A DNA stretch of 63,977 bases, counting the filler, from an uncultured Myxococcia bacterium (lineage in GTDB: Bacteria; CAZTWC01): NCBI GenBank assembly GCA_964617105.1. It is 16 parts of 16 records of this genome, joined end to end, with 100 filler letters (N's around TTAATTAATTAA, not from the genome) between each part and the next. Parts side by side here need not be neighbours in the genome. Positions count along the whole stretch, not along the records: positions 12,362 to 16,351 come from CAZTWC010000333.1; positions 16,452 to 20,429 come from CAZTWC010000334.1; positions 20,530 to 24,506 come from CAZTWC010000335.1; 13 more parts are not named here. The stretch is one strand, 5' to 3'. Every line of letters begins with the position of its first letter. Position 1 is the first letter of the stretch. This document shows, in pieces, positions 12,362 to 23,183 of this stretch. The notes beneath the pieces were generated by a model. That model was not told the origin of the DNA. It searched no databases and was given only the letters and a program-made list of their open reading frames with translations. The translations under genes were made by a program, and so were the position numbers.

Positions 12362-12881
12362 CTACTATGGTTAAAAACAGACAAAAAAAGGCATTTATCA
12401 TGGCAGCCAAAAAATCTACCTGCCGGTCAAATTTTTTGGGCACCAGTTTACGCAGGCTGTCTATTTGAACATGCCGGTTCTCTTTGGTGGTCAAACTCAT
12501 ACCTACAAAAGCCACCCAGAGCATCAGGCACAGGGCTATCTCCTGGGACCAGGGAAAGCCGTTGACAAAAATTTTCTGATAAAAATAGTGAATAATCCCC
12601 ATTACAGCAGTAAAACCAACTCCAGCAGCAAGTATGCGGACCGGACTGCTGGTTTTGCCAATGGTTTTCAACCTGGTTTTATAGGCCAGGCAGGCGAAGA
12701 GACAGACTAAAAAGTAATAAATGGTCAGGCCCATGACCGAGTGTTCGGTATTAGCTACCCGCCAGGAAACATCCATAGTCACCAGAATCGACATAACAAT
12801 TAAGCAAATAGTAATGACGCCCTTTTCCAGAAGGTAGATTCCCTGATCGATTTTTTTTAAGATAGCAGCTATTTTGTACAA
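12362..12881 (-). CDS. TRAP transporter small permease DctQ-like (second copy, 3' partial)
   Basis: WSQEIALCLMLWVAFVG..HVQID; multiple TM segments. Confidence 0.8.
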
Positions 12882-12933
12882 AATATTTTCTGTTATCAGT
12901 TGGTTTTGGATAACAGACCTTCAGTTGAGTTGA

Positions 12934-13962
12934 TTATTTCATCCTTTTAATCGCTGCCAGAGCCTTATCCAACAGAGCAGAGGTCTTTTTCCCCCAGTCT
13001 TTGCGGAACATGCTATAAACCGGTTGGGAGGCTTTTCTAAAGGCAGCGATCTCTTTTTTAGAGGGTTGGTAGATTTTTATACCCGCTTTGGCGATGTTTT
13101 TTCTCAGCAAAGGGCGAAGTTTGCGAAGAGAACTGCGGCTGTAAAGGGTATCTTTATATTGACCTATAAGAATAGTATCTATTACTTTTTTGGGTACCTT
13201 GTCAGCCCATTTTTTACTAATTAAGCAGACAACGTTCTGGTAGATGTGTCTGGTGAGAGAAAAGTATTTTATCCCCTCGTACCACGAAGTTGTAAAAGAG
13301 TACATCAGGGTTTGATCAAATCCATCCACCACGCCGGTTTGTAAAGAACTAAGGACTTCAGGCACTGAGATGGGGATAGGGGAAGCTCCCAGAACCTGAT
13401 AAAGGTTGATGTAGATACGATTCTCCTGAGCGCGCATCTTTAATCCTTTGAGATCACTTGGTTTTTTGATCAATCTGCTTTTGGTGGCAAAGTTGCGCCA
13501 GCCGTTTTCCGCCCAAAACCAATAGATAAATCCTCTCTGTCTAAGCAATTCCTTGAATTTTTTTAACATCACTTTATCCAGCATGTGATCAACCTGTTTA
13601 TCGTTGGAAAACAGAAAGGGCAATTCCATTAGGCTTAACTCGGGCACTGTAGGCGCCAGAGAGGCCAGGGTTGCGCAGGTCAATTCCAGGTTGCCCTGAC
13701 GGCAGCGGCGCACCATAGTTTTTTCTCCGCCCAGAATGCCTCCCCAGAAGGTTTTGATCTTGACTTTCATTTTTCTTTTAGTAAAATTTTTTCTTAAATC
13801 CTTTTGCTTTTTGTTCAAGTGCCATTCCCAGGGAGTGCCGCCCGGGGCTATTGTACCTAAGCGCAGTATTAATTTTTTAGCCTCCGCTGCAGGGGGATCC
13901 AGAATAAAAAGTGAGAGGAGCACCAGGACAAGAAAAAAGGGGGTTGATGTTTTTAGTTTCAT
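12934..13962 (-). CDS. dctP: TRAP transporter substrate-binding protein DctP
   Basis: LGTIAPGGTPW, GGILGGEK, ELPFLF, DLKGLKMRAQ, SLQTGVVDG. Confidence 0.92.
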   Translation of the reverse strand: MKLKTSTPFFLVLVLLSLFILDPPAAEAKKLILRLGTIAPGGTPWEWHLNKKQKDLRKNFTKRKMKVKIKTFWGGILGGEKTMVRRCRQGNLELTCATLASLAPTVPELSLMELPFLFSNDKQVDHMLDKVMLKKFKELLRQRGFIYWFWAENGWRNFATKSRLIKKPSDLKGLKMRAQENRIYINLYQVLGASPIPISVPEVLSSLQTGVVDGFDQTLMYSFTTSWYEGIKYFSLTRHIYQNVVCLISKKWADKVPKKVIDTILIGQYKDTLYSRSSLRKLRPLLRKNIAKAGIKIYQPSKKEIAAFRKASQPVYSMFRKDWGKKTSALLDKALAAIKRMK

Positions 13963-14043
13963 GGAGTTAACCTCAATGTTTTTAGCAAATAAGTTGATCC
14001 GTTAAGTAACTATCATAAAATAGTCAAGCGAGCAAACTGAAAA

Positions 14044-15563
14044 TTATTCTACTTCTACTGCAGGAGTTTTCTTTTCTTGTTTTTCTTTTTCGTCTTCCAT
14101 ATTTTTAAAGGACGGCTCCATTATTTTTGATTTTTCATCTTTGGTTTTATCAGATGGGGTGGTTTTGTTTTGTGCTTCTTCTGCTTCTCTAAAAAATTCC
14201 TGCATGATAGAAGTTTTACTGACATTCGATTTTGATTCGCTATATAACGGCTGGTAAAAATCTTTCCCTTTGAGAAGGTTTATCGGACCGATGCTCAATG
14301 TGGGAAAATAGGTAATCACCAGCAAAGAAAAGGTCATGATCAGCAGAAATGGCAATACCGATTTTATTACCTGTTCGATAGGTTTTTTAAACAGGGAGGA
14401 GGAGACAAATAGATTGAGGCCCATGGGGGGCGTCAAATAGCCTATTTCTAAGTTAACTATAAAAATGATGCCCAAATGGATTGGATGGATCCCCATATTA
14501 ACCGCTACCGAAATAACAATCGGCACTAGAATCAAAATGGCGGAGATGATGTCCATAAAACAACCGACTACCAACAGAAAAATATTTAATGAAAACAAGA
14601 AGGTTAAAGGGGAGAGTTTAATTTCTATCAGGTAGTCCACCATCATCTGGGGGATTTGCTTTTCCACCAGGAATTCGTTGAAACTGAAGGCAAAGACCAT
14701 AATCAACAGCAGGCTGCCCATGATAATTACCGATTCGACAATAATACCTGGCAGGTTCTTTAGTTTTAACTCCTGGTGGATCAGTAGTTCCACTACCAGG
14801 GCGTAACCAACCGATACGGCTGAAGCCTCAGTAGGAGTAAAAAAACCAGAATAGATACCGCCCAAAATGATAACTGGCAGGGCCATAGCCCACATACCAT
14901 CTTTGAAATTATCCTTTAGTTTTTGAAAGTTGAATGGGATAGTGGAGTGATTAAAGCGTTTTCCTTCCCAAAAAGCATAGAGACATAGAAGCAGGCTGAT
15001 AAAAAGTCCGGGCATCACCCCGGCTAAAAACAGATCGCTCACCGTCACGTTAGCTTGAAAAGAGGCCACAATAGCAAAGATAATCATGGGAATACTGGGA
15101 GGGATCAGGATGCCCAGTGACCCGGAGGAAGTTATCAGTCCGATGGAAAAATTTTCACGGTAATTCTCTTTTAACAGGGTGGGCATCATCATGGTGCCGA
15201 TGGCTATTACGGTTACTGGAGAGGAACCGGAGATGGCGGCGAAAAAAGCACAGGAAAAGACGGTGGATATAGCCAGCCCGCCCGGCATCCAGCCCACTGC
15301 TGCCTTGGCGATGTTAATAAGTTTTTCAGAGATTTTTCCGGCGGTCATGATTGAGCCGGAAATAATAAAAAAGGGGATAGCCAGGAGAATGTTCTTATCG
15401 GTCAACTGGAAGATGTTTTCAATTATCAGAGAAAAATTATCCAAACTTGAATGAAGCGGGGAGAAAAAATAGTAACTCAGTATAGCCAAAGATCCAATCA
15501 AAATNNNNNNNNNNGCCCGAGGACAATGAGTAAAATAATAATCAAGGCGAAGAGTAAAGTCAT
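14044..15563 (-). CDS. dctM: TRAP transporter large permease DctM (small N-gap near 5' end)
   Basis: LLAIPFFI, FAAISGSS, SLGILIPPSIPMI, FTPTEAS, IGYLTPPMGLNLFV; start MTLLFALII at 15563. Confidence 0.95.
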
Positions 15564-15582
15564 AAATAAAAACGCTTCAATG

Positions 15583-16338
15583 TTAGTTCAGCAAACGGGG
15601 AAACAGCCGCAAAACAAATCTAAAAGCCATAGTGGCAAAAGATATTGGTATCACCGCATTTACCAGCCAGTAAGGCAAGATGGGAAGAGTGTTAAAAACA
15701 TCATCAGTATAACCGGAGGTGACCCAGTTTATCCAATTGATACTTATACAATTTAACCCCAGCGTCATTATCACCAGGCAAAAAGTGGTAGCTATAAACA
15801 CAAACATAATATGGAGCAAAGGTTGAATTTTAGCTGGCATCTTGTTGCGGATAGATTCAATTTTTACATGTCTGGCCTGAAAGGTGGCAATGCTGGCGCC
15901 TAAAAAGCCGACCCAGAGGAGTAGGCAGAGAGATAGCCTTTGAGCCCAGGGAAGGCCGGCAGGGAAGAGCCAGAGAAAAAGGTGGATACCAAATGATGCC
16001 ACGGCAATAATGGCAAAGGAGATAAGCCAGGCCCATAAGGGGCGTTTGTATTTAGCGGAACTGGCACTGGTGGTTACTGCTAAATAACCGATAGTCCAAA
16101 AAATAACAAAGGTTATTAACGGCGCAATATAAGAATAGACTAAGTGCTGCAAGTTTTCTGTGGTTTCCAGCCCGAAGTTATTAAAAATAGAAATTAGTAA
16201 ATTTCCAATTTTGCTTTGAGGGGTAATGAATAGACGCCAGATTACATCCAACAATATTAGCACCGTCATGACCAGTATAAAAATCACCACTATAGTGCGT
16301 TCTATACTATAAATGATATTGTTAAATCTTTTTATCAA
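15583..16338 (-). CDS. TRAP transporter small permease DctQ-like, with extra TM helices
   Basis: WAQRLSLCLLLWVGFLGASIA..HVKIE; PYWLVNAVIPISFATMAFRF. Confidence 0.82.
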   Translation of the reverse strand: MIKRFNNIIYSIERTIVVIFILVMTVLILLDVIWRLFITPQSKIGNLLISIFNNFGLETTENLQHLVYSYIAPLITFVIFWTIGYLAVTTSASSAKYKRPLWAWLISFAIIAVASFGIHLFLWLFPAGLPWAQRLSLCLLLWVGFLGASIATFQARHVKIESIRNKMPAKIQPLLHIMFVFIATTFCLVIMTLGLNCISINWINWVTSGYTDDVFNTLPILPYWLVNAVIPISFATMAFRFVLRLFPRLLN

Positions 16339-16808
16339 TTTATTTGTTCTTNNNNNNNNNNNNNNNNNNNNNNNNNNNNNNNNNNNNNNNNNNNNTTAAT
16401 TAATTAANNNNNNNNNNNNNNNNNNNNNNNNNNNNNNNNNNNNNNNNNNNNTATTCTTGGGTTCCCATATCTCCTTTTGCTGGCCGACCAGATCGGCAGT
16501 AGAGCCAAATAAAATGGAAATGACTATTAGGGCCTGAAAAAAGTGTACCAACATAATGTTACTCCTTAGTTGCCGTCCGCGCCTCCACTTTTTGCTCCTG
16601 GTTCTCGCAACGAAGTGAATTATTGAACGATAACTTCTTAGGTTTAGCGGTACCCCTCTCACACCACCTTAGTATTTAATTTTTTTCGATTTTAACACGA
16701 ATCAATGTTAAAGGCAAAAATCAATATTGGTTTATTGGTTTAATTTATAGTATCCATCCGAGGAGTCAACCCGGGATTAAAATTCAGGAATTTTTTTCGT
16801 TCTTAAAT

Positions 16809-18092
16809 CTATTCCTTCACCAGCAAGTGGTAGTTTTTTTTCCCGGCTCTTAGCAGGATACCGATGTCAGCTAGCAAATGCTCACTTCCCACTCTGGCTT
16901 CAAGATCTTTGCAGCGTTGGTTGTTGATGTATGCCCCGCCCTGGGTAACCAATCTTTTGGCGGCGCCCTTTGATTTACAGAGACCGGTGGATACTAACAG
17001 ATCCAGCAGCAATTTTCCCTCAGCCAGAACAGCGTCCGCATTTTCGCTTACCGGGACCTCCTGTATCAGGCAATTGATCACATTTTTGTCAATATTTTCT
17101 ATAGTTCCGCCAAACAGAATAGTTGATACTTTTTGTACTGCATCGGCAGTCTCTTTTCCGTGCACCAGCAGGGTAAATTCGTGTGCCAAATGGCGCTGAG
17201 CCTCCCGGGCTTCCGGCTTTTCCTTGAGCGATTGTTCCAGGGCGGCCAATTGTTCAGACTCTAAAAAGGTAAACAATTTTAACCAGCGGATAACATCGTG
17301 ATCATCCACGTTAATCCAATACTGGTAGAGTTTATAGGGAGAGGTCATTTGCGGATCCAGCCAGATAGCACCTTTTTCGGTTTTACCAAATTTGGTGCCC
17401 GAAGAGGTGGTGAGCAGGGGAAAGGTCAGGCCGTGGGCCTGGGTACCTTTTTTACGCCGGATCAAATCTACTCCAGCGGTAATATTGCCCCACTGATCGT
17501 TGCCGCCGATTTGCAGCAGGCAATCATGCTCCTTGAAAAGATGGTAAAAGTCGTAAGCCTGCAGGATCATGTAACTGAATTCTGTGTAGGATATTCCCTG
17601 CTCCCGATCCTCCAGCCTGGCCCTGACCGATTCTTTGGCCATCATGGCGTTGACCGAAAAATGTTTTCCCACCTCACGTAAGAAATCGACCATGCTATAA
17701 GAGCCCAGCCAATCCCAGTTGTTTACCATGATAGCATTATTGCCATTTTCCGAGTTAAAATCGAGAAAACGGGAAAATTGTTCCTTTAACGCTTTGGCAT
17801 TTTTGGCAATGGTTTCCAAATCCAGCAGTTTTCTCTCATCGCTTTTACCGCTAGGATCACCGATCATACCGGTACCGCCACCGATAACCACCACTGGTTT
17901 GTGGCCGGCCCGCTGAAAATGACTGAGAGCCATGATTGGGATTACATGTCCAAGGTGCAAACTGGGCGCAGTAGGGTCAAAACCGGCATAGATGGTCACC
18001 TTCCCTTTATCCAACTCTTCATCCAGCCCTGTATCGGTGATTTGCTCTATAAATCCTCTTGACTTTAAAATATCTAAAACCGATTTTGCCAT
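16809..18092 (-). CDS. tyrS: Tyrosine--tRNA ligase
   Basis: GFDPTAPSLHLGH (HIGH), LQAYDF, QIGGNDQWGNI, KFGKT (KMSKS), C-terminal S4 domain. Confidence 0.99.
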   Translation of the reverse strand: MAKSVLDILKSRGFIEQITDTGLDEELDKGKVTIYAGFDPTAPSLHLGHVIPIMALSHFQRAGHKPVVVIGGGTGMIGDPSGKSDERKLLDLETIAKNAKALKEQFSRFLDFNSENGNNAIMVNNWDWLGSYSMVDFLREVGKHFSVNAMMAKESVRARLEDREQGISYTEFSYMILQAYDFYHLFKEHDCLLQIGGNDQWGNITAGVDLIRRKKGTQAHGLTFPLLTTSSGTKFGKTEKGAIWLDPQMTSPYKLYQYWINVDDHDVIRWLKLFTFLESEQLAALEQSLKEKPEAREAQRHLAHEFTLLVHGKETADAVQKVSTILFGGTIENIDKNVINCLIQEVPVSENADAVLAEGKLLLDLLVSTGLCKSKGAAKRLVTQGGAYINNQRCKDLEARVGSEHLLADIGILLRAGKKNYHLLVKE

Positions 18093-18349
18093 TTTGTTGA
18101 TCCTTTAAGATGATGAAGAAATCCCGGTATTTTAATGCCGGGTTGACATTATGGGATTCTGCCTGAACCAAATTGTCAACTCTCAATTACCTGGTGAGAT
18201 TCGAATTTTATTCAATCTGGCAAAAATAGTCAATCTTGTCAATCAGAGTTGCGGTTAAAAACCCAAAATCGGCAATCGCATGTGAGTTGTCAAGCACCAG
18301 TGTGACATCACAAAAGCGGACAAATCTCTCCACCGAGGTCGGACGAACA

Positions 18350-19440
18350 CTACTTAATAATCCTGAACTCCACCCTCCTGTTTTTGGCCCGGCCATCTTC
18401 CGTTTTGTTACCGGTAATCGAACGCTCCAATGAACAGCCGCCAGTCACCATAATATCATCGTCATAGGGGTCTTGATTACCTATATCTTTAATATCGGGT
18501 ATGGTGTCACCATCAGTATCTTTTAACAAATCCGTCGTTTTCTGATTCGAGGAAATATTATTTATCTCCTCCCTGTCGTTAATCCCATCACCATCAGAGT
18601 CAGCGTTATGGGGGTCGCTGCCTAGCTCTTCTTCAACTTGATCGGGGAGACCATCCTGGTCACTGTCTTCACAGGCATCACCAGTGCCATTGCCATCTAT
18701 ATCAATTTGATCTTGATTAGGAAATTTGGGGCAATTGTCATCTCTATCTTTAATTTTGTCGTTATCATCGTCATCATCGCAGGCATCACCAATTTTATCC
18801 TGGTCATTGTCCTGCTGGTCGGTGTTGGCTTTCAGGGGACAATTATCCTGTTCGTTTTCCACGCTATCATCATCCCAATCCTTTTCACACAGATCTCCGA
18901 CTCCATCCTTATTCCGATCTTTCTGATCCTGGTTAGCAATTATTCGACAATTATCTTTGCCATCTTTAACATTGTCGTTATCGCTGTCATCATCGAGATA
19001 GTCGAAGATTTTGTCTTTGTCCGTATCTACCGGTCCATCTTTCAGAGAATTTTCACCTGATTCATCCAAATCTTTGACCCCATCCTACTGGAAAAAGCAC
19101 CCAGGGTAGAAGTCGCACCTTCATTTGTGCAAGTATCGGATATGGTGGGATAGGGATTAAGGCTCCAGCACACCCCATGTTGAATGGCGCCATTTGTGTC
19201 ATTAAAGTTGGTGATATTACCGTGACCGGTGGCAGTGGTGGCGGTGATGTCGCTCGACGCCTGAGTGGTTAAAGTAGGTCCAACTGTAATCGCCTGACGG
19301 ATATTTGTACCAACTGTTCCTGGAGACCCTATGTGAGGTTTTTGGGGTTCAATATCCCTTTGGCAAGAGACAAAGATCAATAAATTGATCATAAAAATAA
19401 AAATATTTGTAAAACGGAGATGTTTTATCTGGTTTCTCAT
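18350..19440 (-). pseudogene. Internally deleted and frameshifted surface lipoprotein relic: lipobox, Fn3-like segment, thrombospondin type-3 repeats, OmpA C-terminal tail
   Basis: ORF 19042-19440 (FVSC lipobox; HGVCWS..PT) shifts frame near 19085 into D-rich repeats (DGVKDLDE, DNCP..NxDQxDxDxDxxGDAC). GGCS is followed directly by the OmpA terminus GRAKNRRVEFRII. Confidence 0.65.
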
Positions 19441-19621
19441 TTAACAATCCTTTCGTAGAGTTGTTTTTAAGCCTTAGAAATATTACTATAATGTTTAAAT
19501 AGTTGCAATAGTTAATATGCAAGTCAAAATGCTCTCTCCTATTGACAATTGATAGCTGGCGTAATAGTACTAGGGTTGGAATTATGCTTATTTTTATTAT
19601 CAAGAATTGAAAGGAGAAAAG

Positions 19622-19918
19622 ATGCACAAAGCAGTTGTCTTTATTTTACTTTGTATGTTCATGATTGGATGCTCAACTGTAACCATTCGACCGCATGGAG
19701 GCGGAAAATTGGTGTCCCCCCCAAGTTATGAAGAGAGAAAGAATTTTTACTTTTGGGGTTTGTCTGGAGAACACCGGGTTAAAGTCGGGCAAGTTTGCAA
19801 AGAGGGTCAAAATGCCCAACAATTGCAATCCCAACAGACTTTTGTTGATGGTCTTTTAGGCTTTGTCACCATAGGAATTTACGCTCCCCATACTGTTAAA
19901 GTATGGTGCTCTAAATAA
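19622..19918 (+). CDS. Bor/Iss family lipoprotein
   Basis: MIGC lipobox; FYFWGL, C..QTFVDGLLGFVTIGIYAP..VWC; AGGAG RBS. Confidence 0.85.
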   Translation: MHKAVVFILLCMFMIGCSTVTIRPHGGGKLVSPPSYEERKNFYFWGLSGEHRVKVGQVCKEGQNAQQLQSQQTFVDGLLGFVTIGIYAPHTVKVWCSK

Positions 19919-19944
19919 ACAGACTAAAAGATTGGAGGCAAATA

Positions 19945-20247
19945 ATGCATATTAAAATTTTATCGGTTTTATTTTTTGTTATACTCATGTCGGCTTGTAC
20001 AACCATCCATTTTGATAAAAGAGATGAGGCGCCTACCGGGCAAGCCGTGGAGAAATGGCATCACAACGTAGCGCTTGCTCTGGTAGAAGTAAGTGACCCT
20101 GTGGATCTCAAAGGGCAGTGTCAGGATAAAGAATGGGCATCGGTTAAAACCGAATTTTCCTTTATTAATGGCTTGGCTCAATTTGCAGTAAGTGCAATAC
20201 TTCCAGGTGTCTGGTATCCAAAGACAGTAACGATTTCATGCAAATAG
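19945..20247 (+). CDS. Bor-like lipoprotein (second, tandem)
   Basis: MSAC lipobox; WHHN..VEVSDPVDL..C..W..VKTE.SFINGL..WYPKTVTISC. Confidence 0.75.
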   Translation: MHIKILSVLFFVILMSACTTIHFDKRDEAPTGQAVEKWHHNVALALVEVSDPVDLKGQCQDKEWASVKTEFSFINGLAQFAVSAILPGVWYPKTVTISCK

Positions 20248-20354
20248 TTTAGTATAGTTCCTGTCCGAAAACCCCCTTCTGCTACGAATTTGGCTGCATC
20301 TCGGCTAACAGCGTTACAGGTACCAGTAACTCAAAAGGATTGGGAGAATAAATT

Positions 20355-20429
20355 ATGAACTATGAGGGTAGCCTTTATCGTCCCCCTTCAGAGGCATCAA
20401 GTTTGTTGATCCAGGTGACTGTGGGGTGC
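20355..20429 (+). CDS. Radical SAM protein N-terminus (cut by contig end)
   Basis: MNYEGSLYRPPSEASSLLIQVTVGC, the RPPSEA motif that precedes CxxxCxxC in a widespread radical SAM family. Confidence 0.7.
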
Positions 20430-20619
20430 NNNNNNNNNNNNNNNNNNNNNNNNNNNNNNNNNNNNNNNNNNNNTTAATTAATTAANNNNNNNNNNNNNNN
20501 NNNNNNNNNNNNNNNNNNNNNNNNNNNNNTATGAATAGATAGTATCATATATGTATAGATTATGTCAAGCAGTTATTTGCCCCAGATGAGAAAAATCTAC
20601 TGCTGGAAGATCAACTTTA

Positions 20620-21255
20620 TCAGGGGTATGGGCCGCCATTCCATGTAATCGATCCACCATTAAGGCGCACTATATGCTTATCAGCCATACGAAGGGCATC
20701 TCCCTCATTGAGTAGATAAATCCCGTATGTGTCATAAGTGGAACCATCGGGGTAAGCTTTATCAGTTGAAACAGACCATAGACTGTTGGGAGTCCATTTC
20801 TCACGTTTGGCACTTACAAAATCTCTATACCACATCCCTCCATAAGTTAAATTCATCCGTTTGTTCAGGAAATAAGTCACCGCCTGTCCATCCACTCCGA
20901 CAGTATTGTCGGTTACCTTATCACGTATTGTGCTTAGAGGAGTTTTGTAATCGTTTTGTACCTTGTGATTATTCTTTCCTTCAAAAAAATGCTGATAAGA
21001 GATTGTTAAATCTCCGCGGCTTTCTATTTCAGGTAATATTAACTTCTTTTTTTTGCTATTGCCATTCTCAACCTTAGTCTGCTCTTTTTTTTCCTTATCT
21101 TCCGCAACATCCGCTGCTACAGCAGCAGGTATTCTGAGATAGAGAAACAAAAAAATCCATAATAAGAAAATAACAATACTTATGAATGAATAGTCAAGTC
21201 TCTGACAAAATAATGAAGATAATTTATACCTTACTGAAATTAAATGGTAGCGCAT
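20620..21255 (-). pseudogene. TonB-dependent receptor-like relic: signal peptide joined to a mid-barrel fragment
   Basis: Signal peptide and charged linker, then strands LTYGGMWYRDFVSA..YPDGSTYDTYGIYL; far too short for an intact receptor. Confidence 0.5.
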
Positions 21256-22511
21256 TATTTTGATCTACAAGGGCGAAACCCGAGCCAGTCGGTGCGGGTG
21301 CCGGGCGATTTGTTGCCGCGATTCGCCGAACGGCTGCTCAGAGCGTCGTGGGCCCAACTGCCACCGCGAGTCAGGCGGTAAAAGCCACTAGAAGGTCCCA
21401 CAGGGTCTGTTACATCTCCTCCATAACTTTTATCATACCAATCCCACGCCCACTCATAAACATTGCCACTCATGTCATATAATCCCCAGTCATTGGCATC
21501 CTTGCCTTTTACCACATGGGTGTAATCGCTTGAATTGTATTTATACCAACCTATCTTATCCATATTTGGATCACTACTGGTGCTGGTAATACCTCCATTA
21601 TAAAACGCCGTTGTCGTGCCCGCACGTACCGCATACTCCCACTCCGCCTCTGTGGGTAATCGATAACCACTGCAATCCTGTGGCTTGCTGAACTTGGACT
21701 TTAAACTGCATGTCAAACAAGTTAAATCACAATATCCTTCACCGCACGAGGCATGACTGCAATTACCTGCACATTCAAAACATTCTTCAACTCCTTTACT
21801 AATGGACAATTTGTTGCAATATAATAACGCCTCATGCCAATTCACCTTCTCCACCGGGCAATCATCTCCACAAGATAAATAATCGCTCGGATTATAGCCC
21901 ATCAATTTTTTGAACTGACCCTGCGTCACCTCGGTTGATTGTATCTCGAAGTTGTACGTCAACGTCACCTGGTGCTGAGTCTCATCCGATTCATTGGCCG
22001 CCTCGCCAGAGGGGCTGCCCATGGTGAAAGTACCAGCGGCGATCTTGACAAATACAGAGGTTGTATCACCTGAACCTCCTTCACAGTTCGCGTTATCATA
22101 CCCAGTACAGTCATTCTTGCACTTAGCATCTCCGCTTGTATATGTTGAATCTATGTCCTTACAACCCTTTGTGTCACCGTCGCATATTTCACTTTTGCCT
22201 TTATGACCATCTCCACACACTGTCTGGCATTTTGAATCCTTACATTGCAAGGGCTCAAAACAATCAGCAGTTTGGGAACAGGTATCACCCTCAACACTTT
22301 TTGTGTTTTTCGAGTTACCTTCTTCACATACACATATATCCCATCCACTTCCATCTGATTTACAGACCTGAACACCCTTTTTATAAGCAGTACAGTTACA
22401 GACCAGGGTTGAGCCTGGCGTACAAGCCTTGTCATCCTCAGTTCCGCAGTTTGCTAAAAACAGACTCAGAGCAATCAATAAAAACATTGTGAATGATTTT
22501 TGCATAATCAA
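21255..22511 (-). CDS. Cys-rich lipoprotein with FGE-sulfatase (CLec-fold) domain
   Basis: FLANC lipobox; AGTFTMGSP, TEVTQGQF, YRLPTEAEWEYA, NDWGLYDMSGNVYEW, RGGSW, GFR. Confidence 0.93.
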   Translation of the reverse strand: MIMQKSFTMFLLIALSLFLANCGTEDDKACTPGSTLVCNCTAYKKGVQVCKSDGSGWDICVCEEGNSKNTKSVEGDTCSQTADCFEPLQCKDSKCQTVCGDGHKGKSEICDGDTKGCKDIDSTYTSGDAKCKNDCTGYDNANCEGGSGDTTSVFVKIAAGTFTMGSPSGEAANESDETQHQVTLTYNFEIQSTEVTQGQFKKLMGYNPSDYLSCGDDCPVEKVNWHEALLYCNKLSISKGVEECFECAGNCSHASCGEGYCDLTCLTCSLKSKFSKPQDCSGYRLPTEAEWEYAVRAGTTTAFYNGGITSTSSDPNMDKIGWYKYNSSDYTHVVKGKDANDWGLYDMSGNVYEWAWDWYDKSYGGDVTDPVGPSSGFYRLTRGGSWAHDALSSRSANRGNKSPGTRTDWLGFRPCRSK

Positions 22512-22645
22512 GGCTCCTAATAATATTCCACATTAGTTGATATCAAGCATCAAGAATATCTCTAGTAATTACCATAATTACCGAAAAGTTTCAAACTCAT
22601 GAGTCTGTTACTCTAAATTGGCCCCACCTTTGATCAAATTCCGTT

Positions 22646-22830
22646 ATGATAAGCGGGATAGCCAGAAATAGGCATATTCACCGGCGGGATGTTCGGCAGG
22701 CACTAAAAAATTCAAAACCGCCACCAAGAAAGAGAAGTGTCAGAGAAGCGCCAGTATTAAGAGCATTTAAGGGTATTATTGATCAATGGCTTCTTGAAGA
22801 TAAAAAGAAGCCTCGCAAGCAGTGTCATTA
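22646..22830 (+). mobile_element. IS21-family IstA transposase N-terminal remnant
   Basis: GIARNRHIHRRDVRQAL..PPPRKR..APVL..FKGIIDQWLLEDKKKPRKQ resembles IstA N-termini. Confidence 0.7.
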
Positions 22831-23049
22831 CCAAGTGAACCAGCATTTTAAGTAGTTTTTTTCTAATCATGATTAACCAGCATTTCTTTATGAGCGTTTT
22901 CAAGAATGTTTTATTTAAGCACACTTTTTCAAATTCGAGAAGCTCTGCAAAAAAACAGGCTAAATATCTCCCCACGTTATGAGAAACAAAAAGATTGTAA
23001 ATGCACATTCTAAATAAGGACATAAACTAATAAAATTCTGAGAAATTGT

Positions 23050-23078
23050 TTGGTAATATACTGACATACTGGTATAAT
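23050..23078 (+). promoter_or_regulatory. Putative sigma70 promoter of the MCP gene
   Basis: TTGGTA-17 bp-TATAAT with extended TG. Confidence 0.5.
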
Positions 23079-23183
23079 AATAAGCAATTGATGTAAAGTG
23101 CTGGTCAGGGTGCTTATTTGTTTCTCTCTATACGTAGTCAGTTGAGAAAAGTTGCTTAATTAGACTGAAGAGGTAAATAGCTT

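Noticed and set aside
21255-22511. True formylglycine-generating enzyme
   Set aside because: The C-terminal RGGSW region lacks the catalytic cysteine pair of FGE; this is a CLec-fold binding-type lipoprotein.
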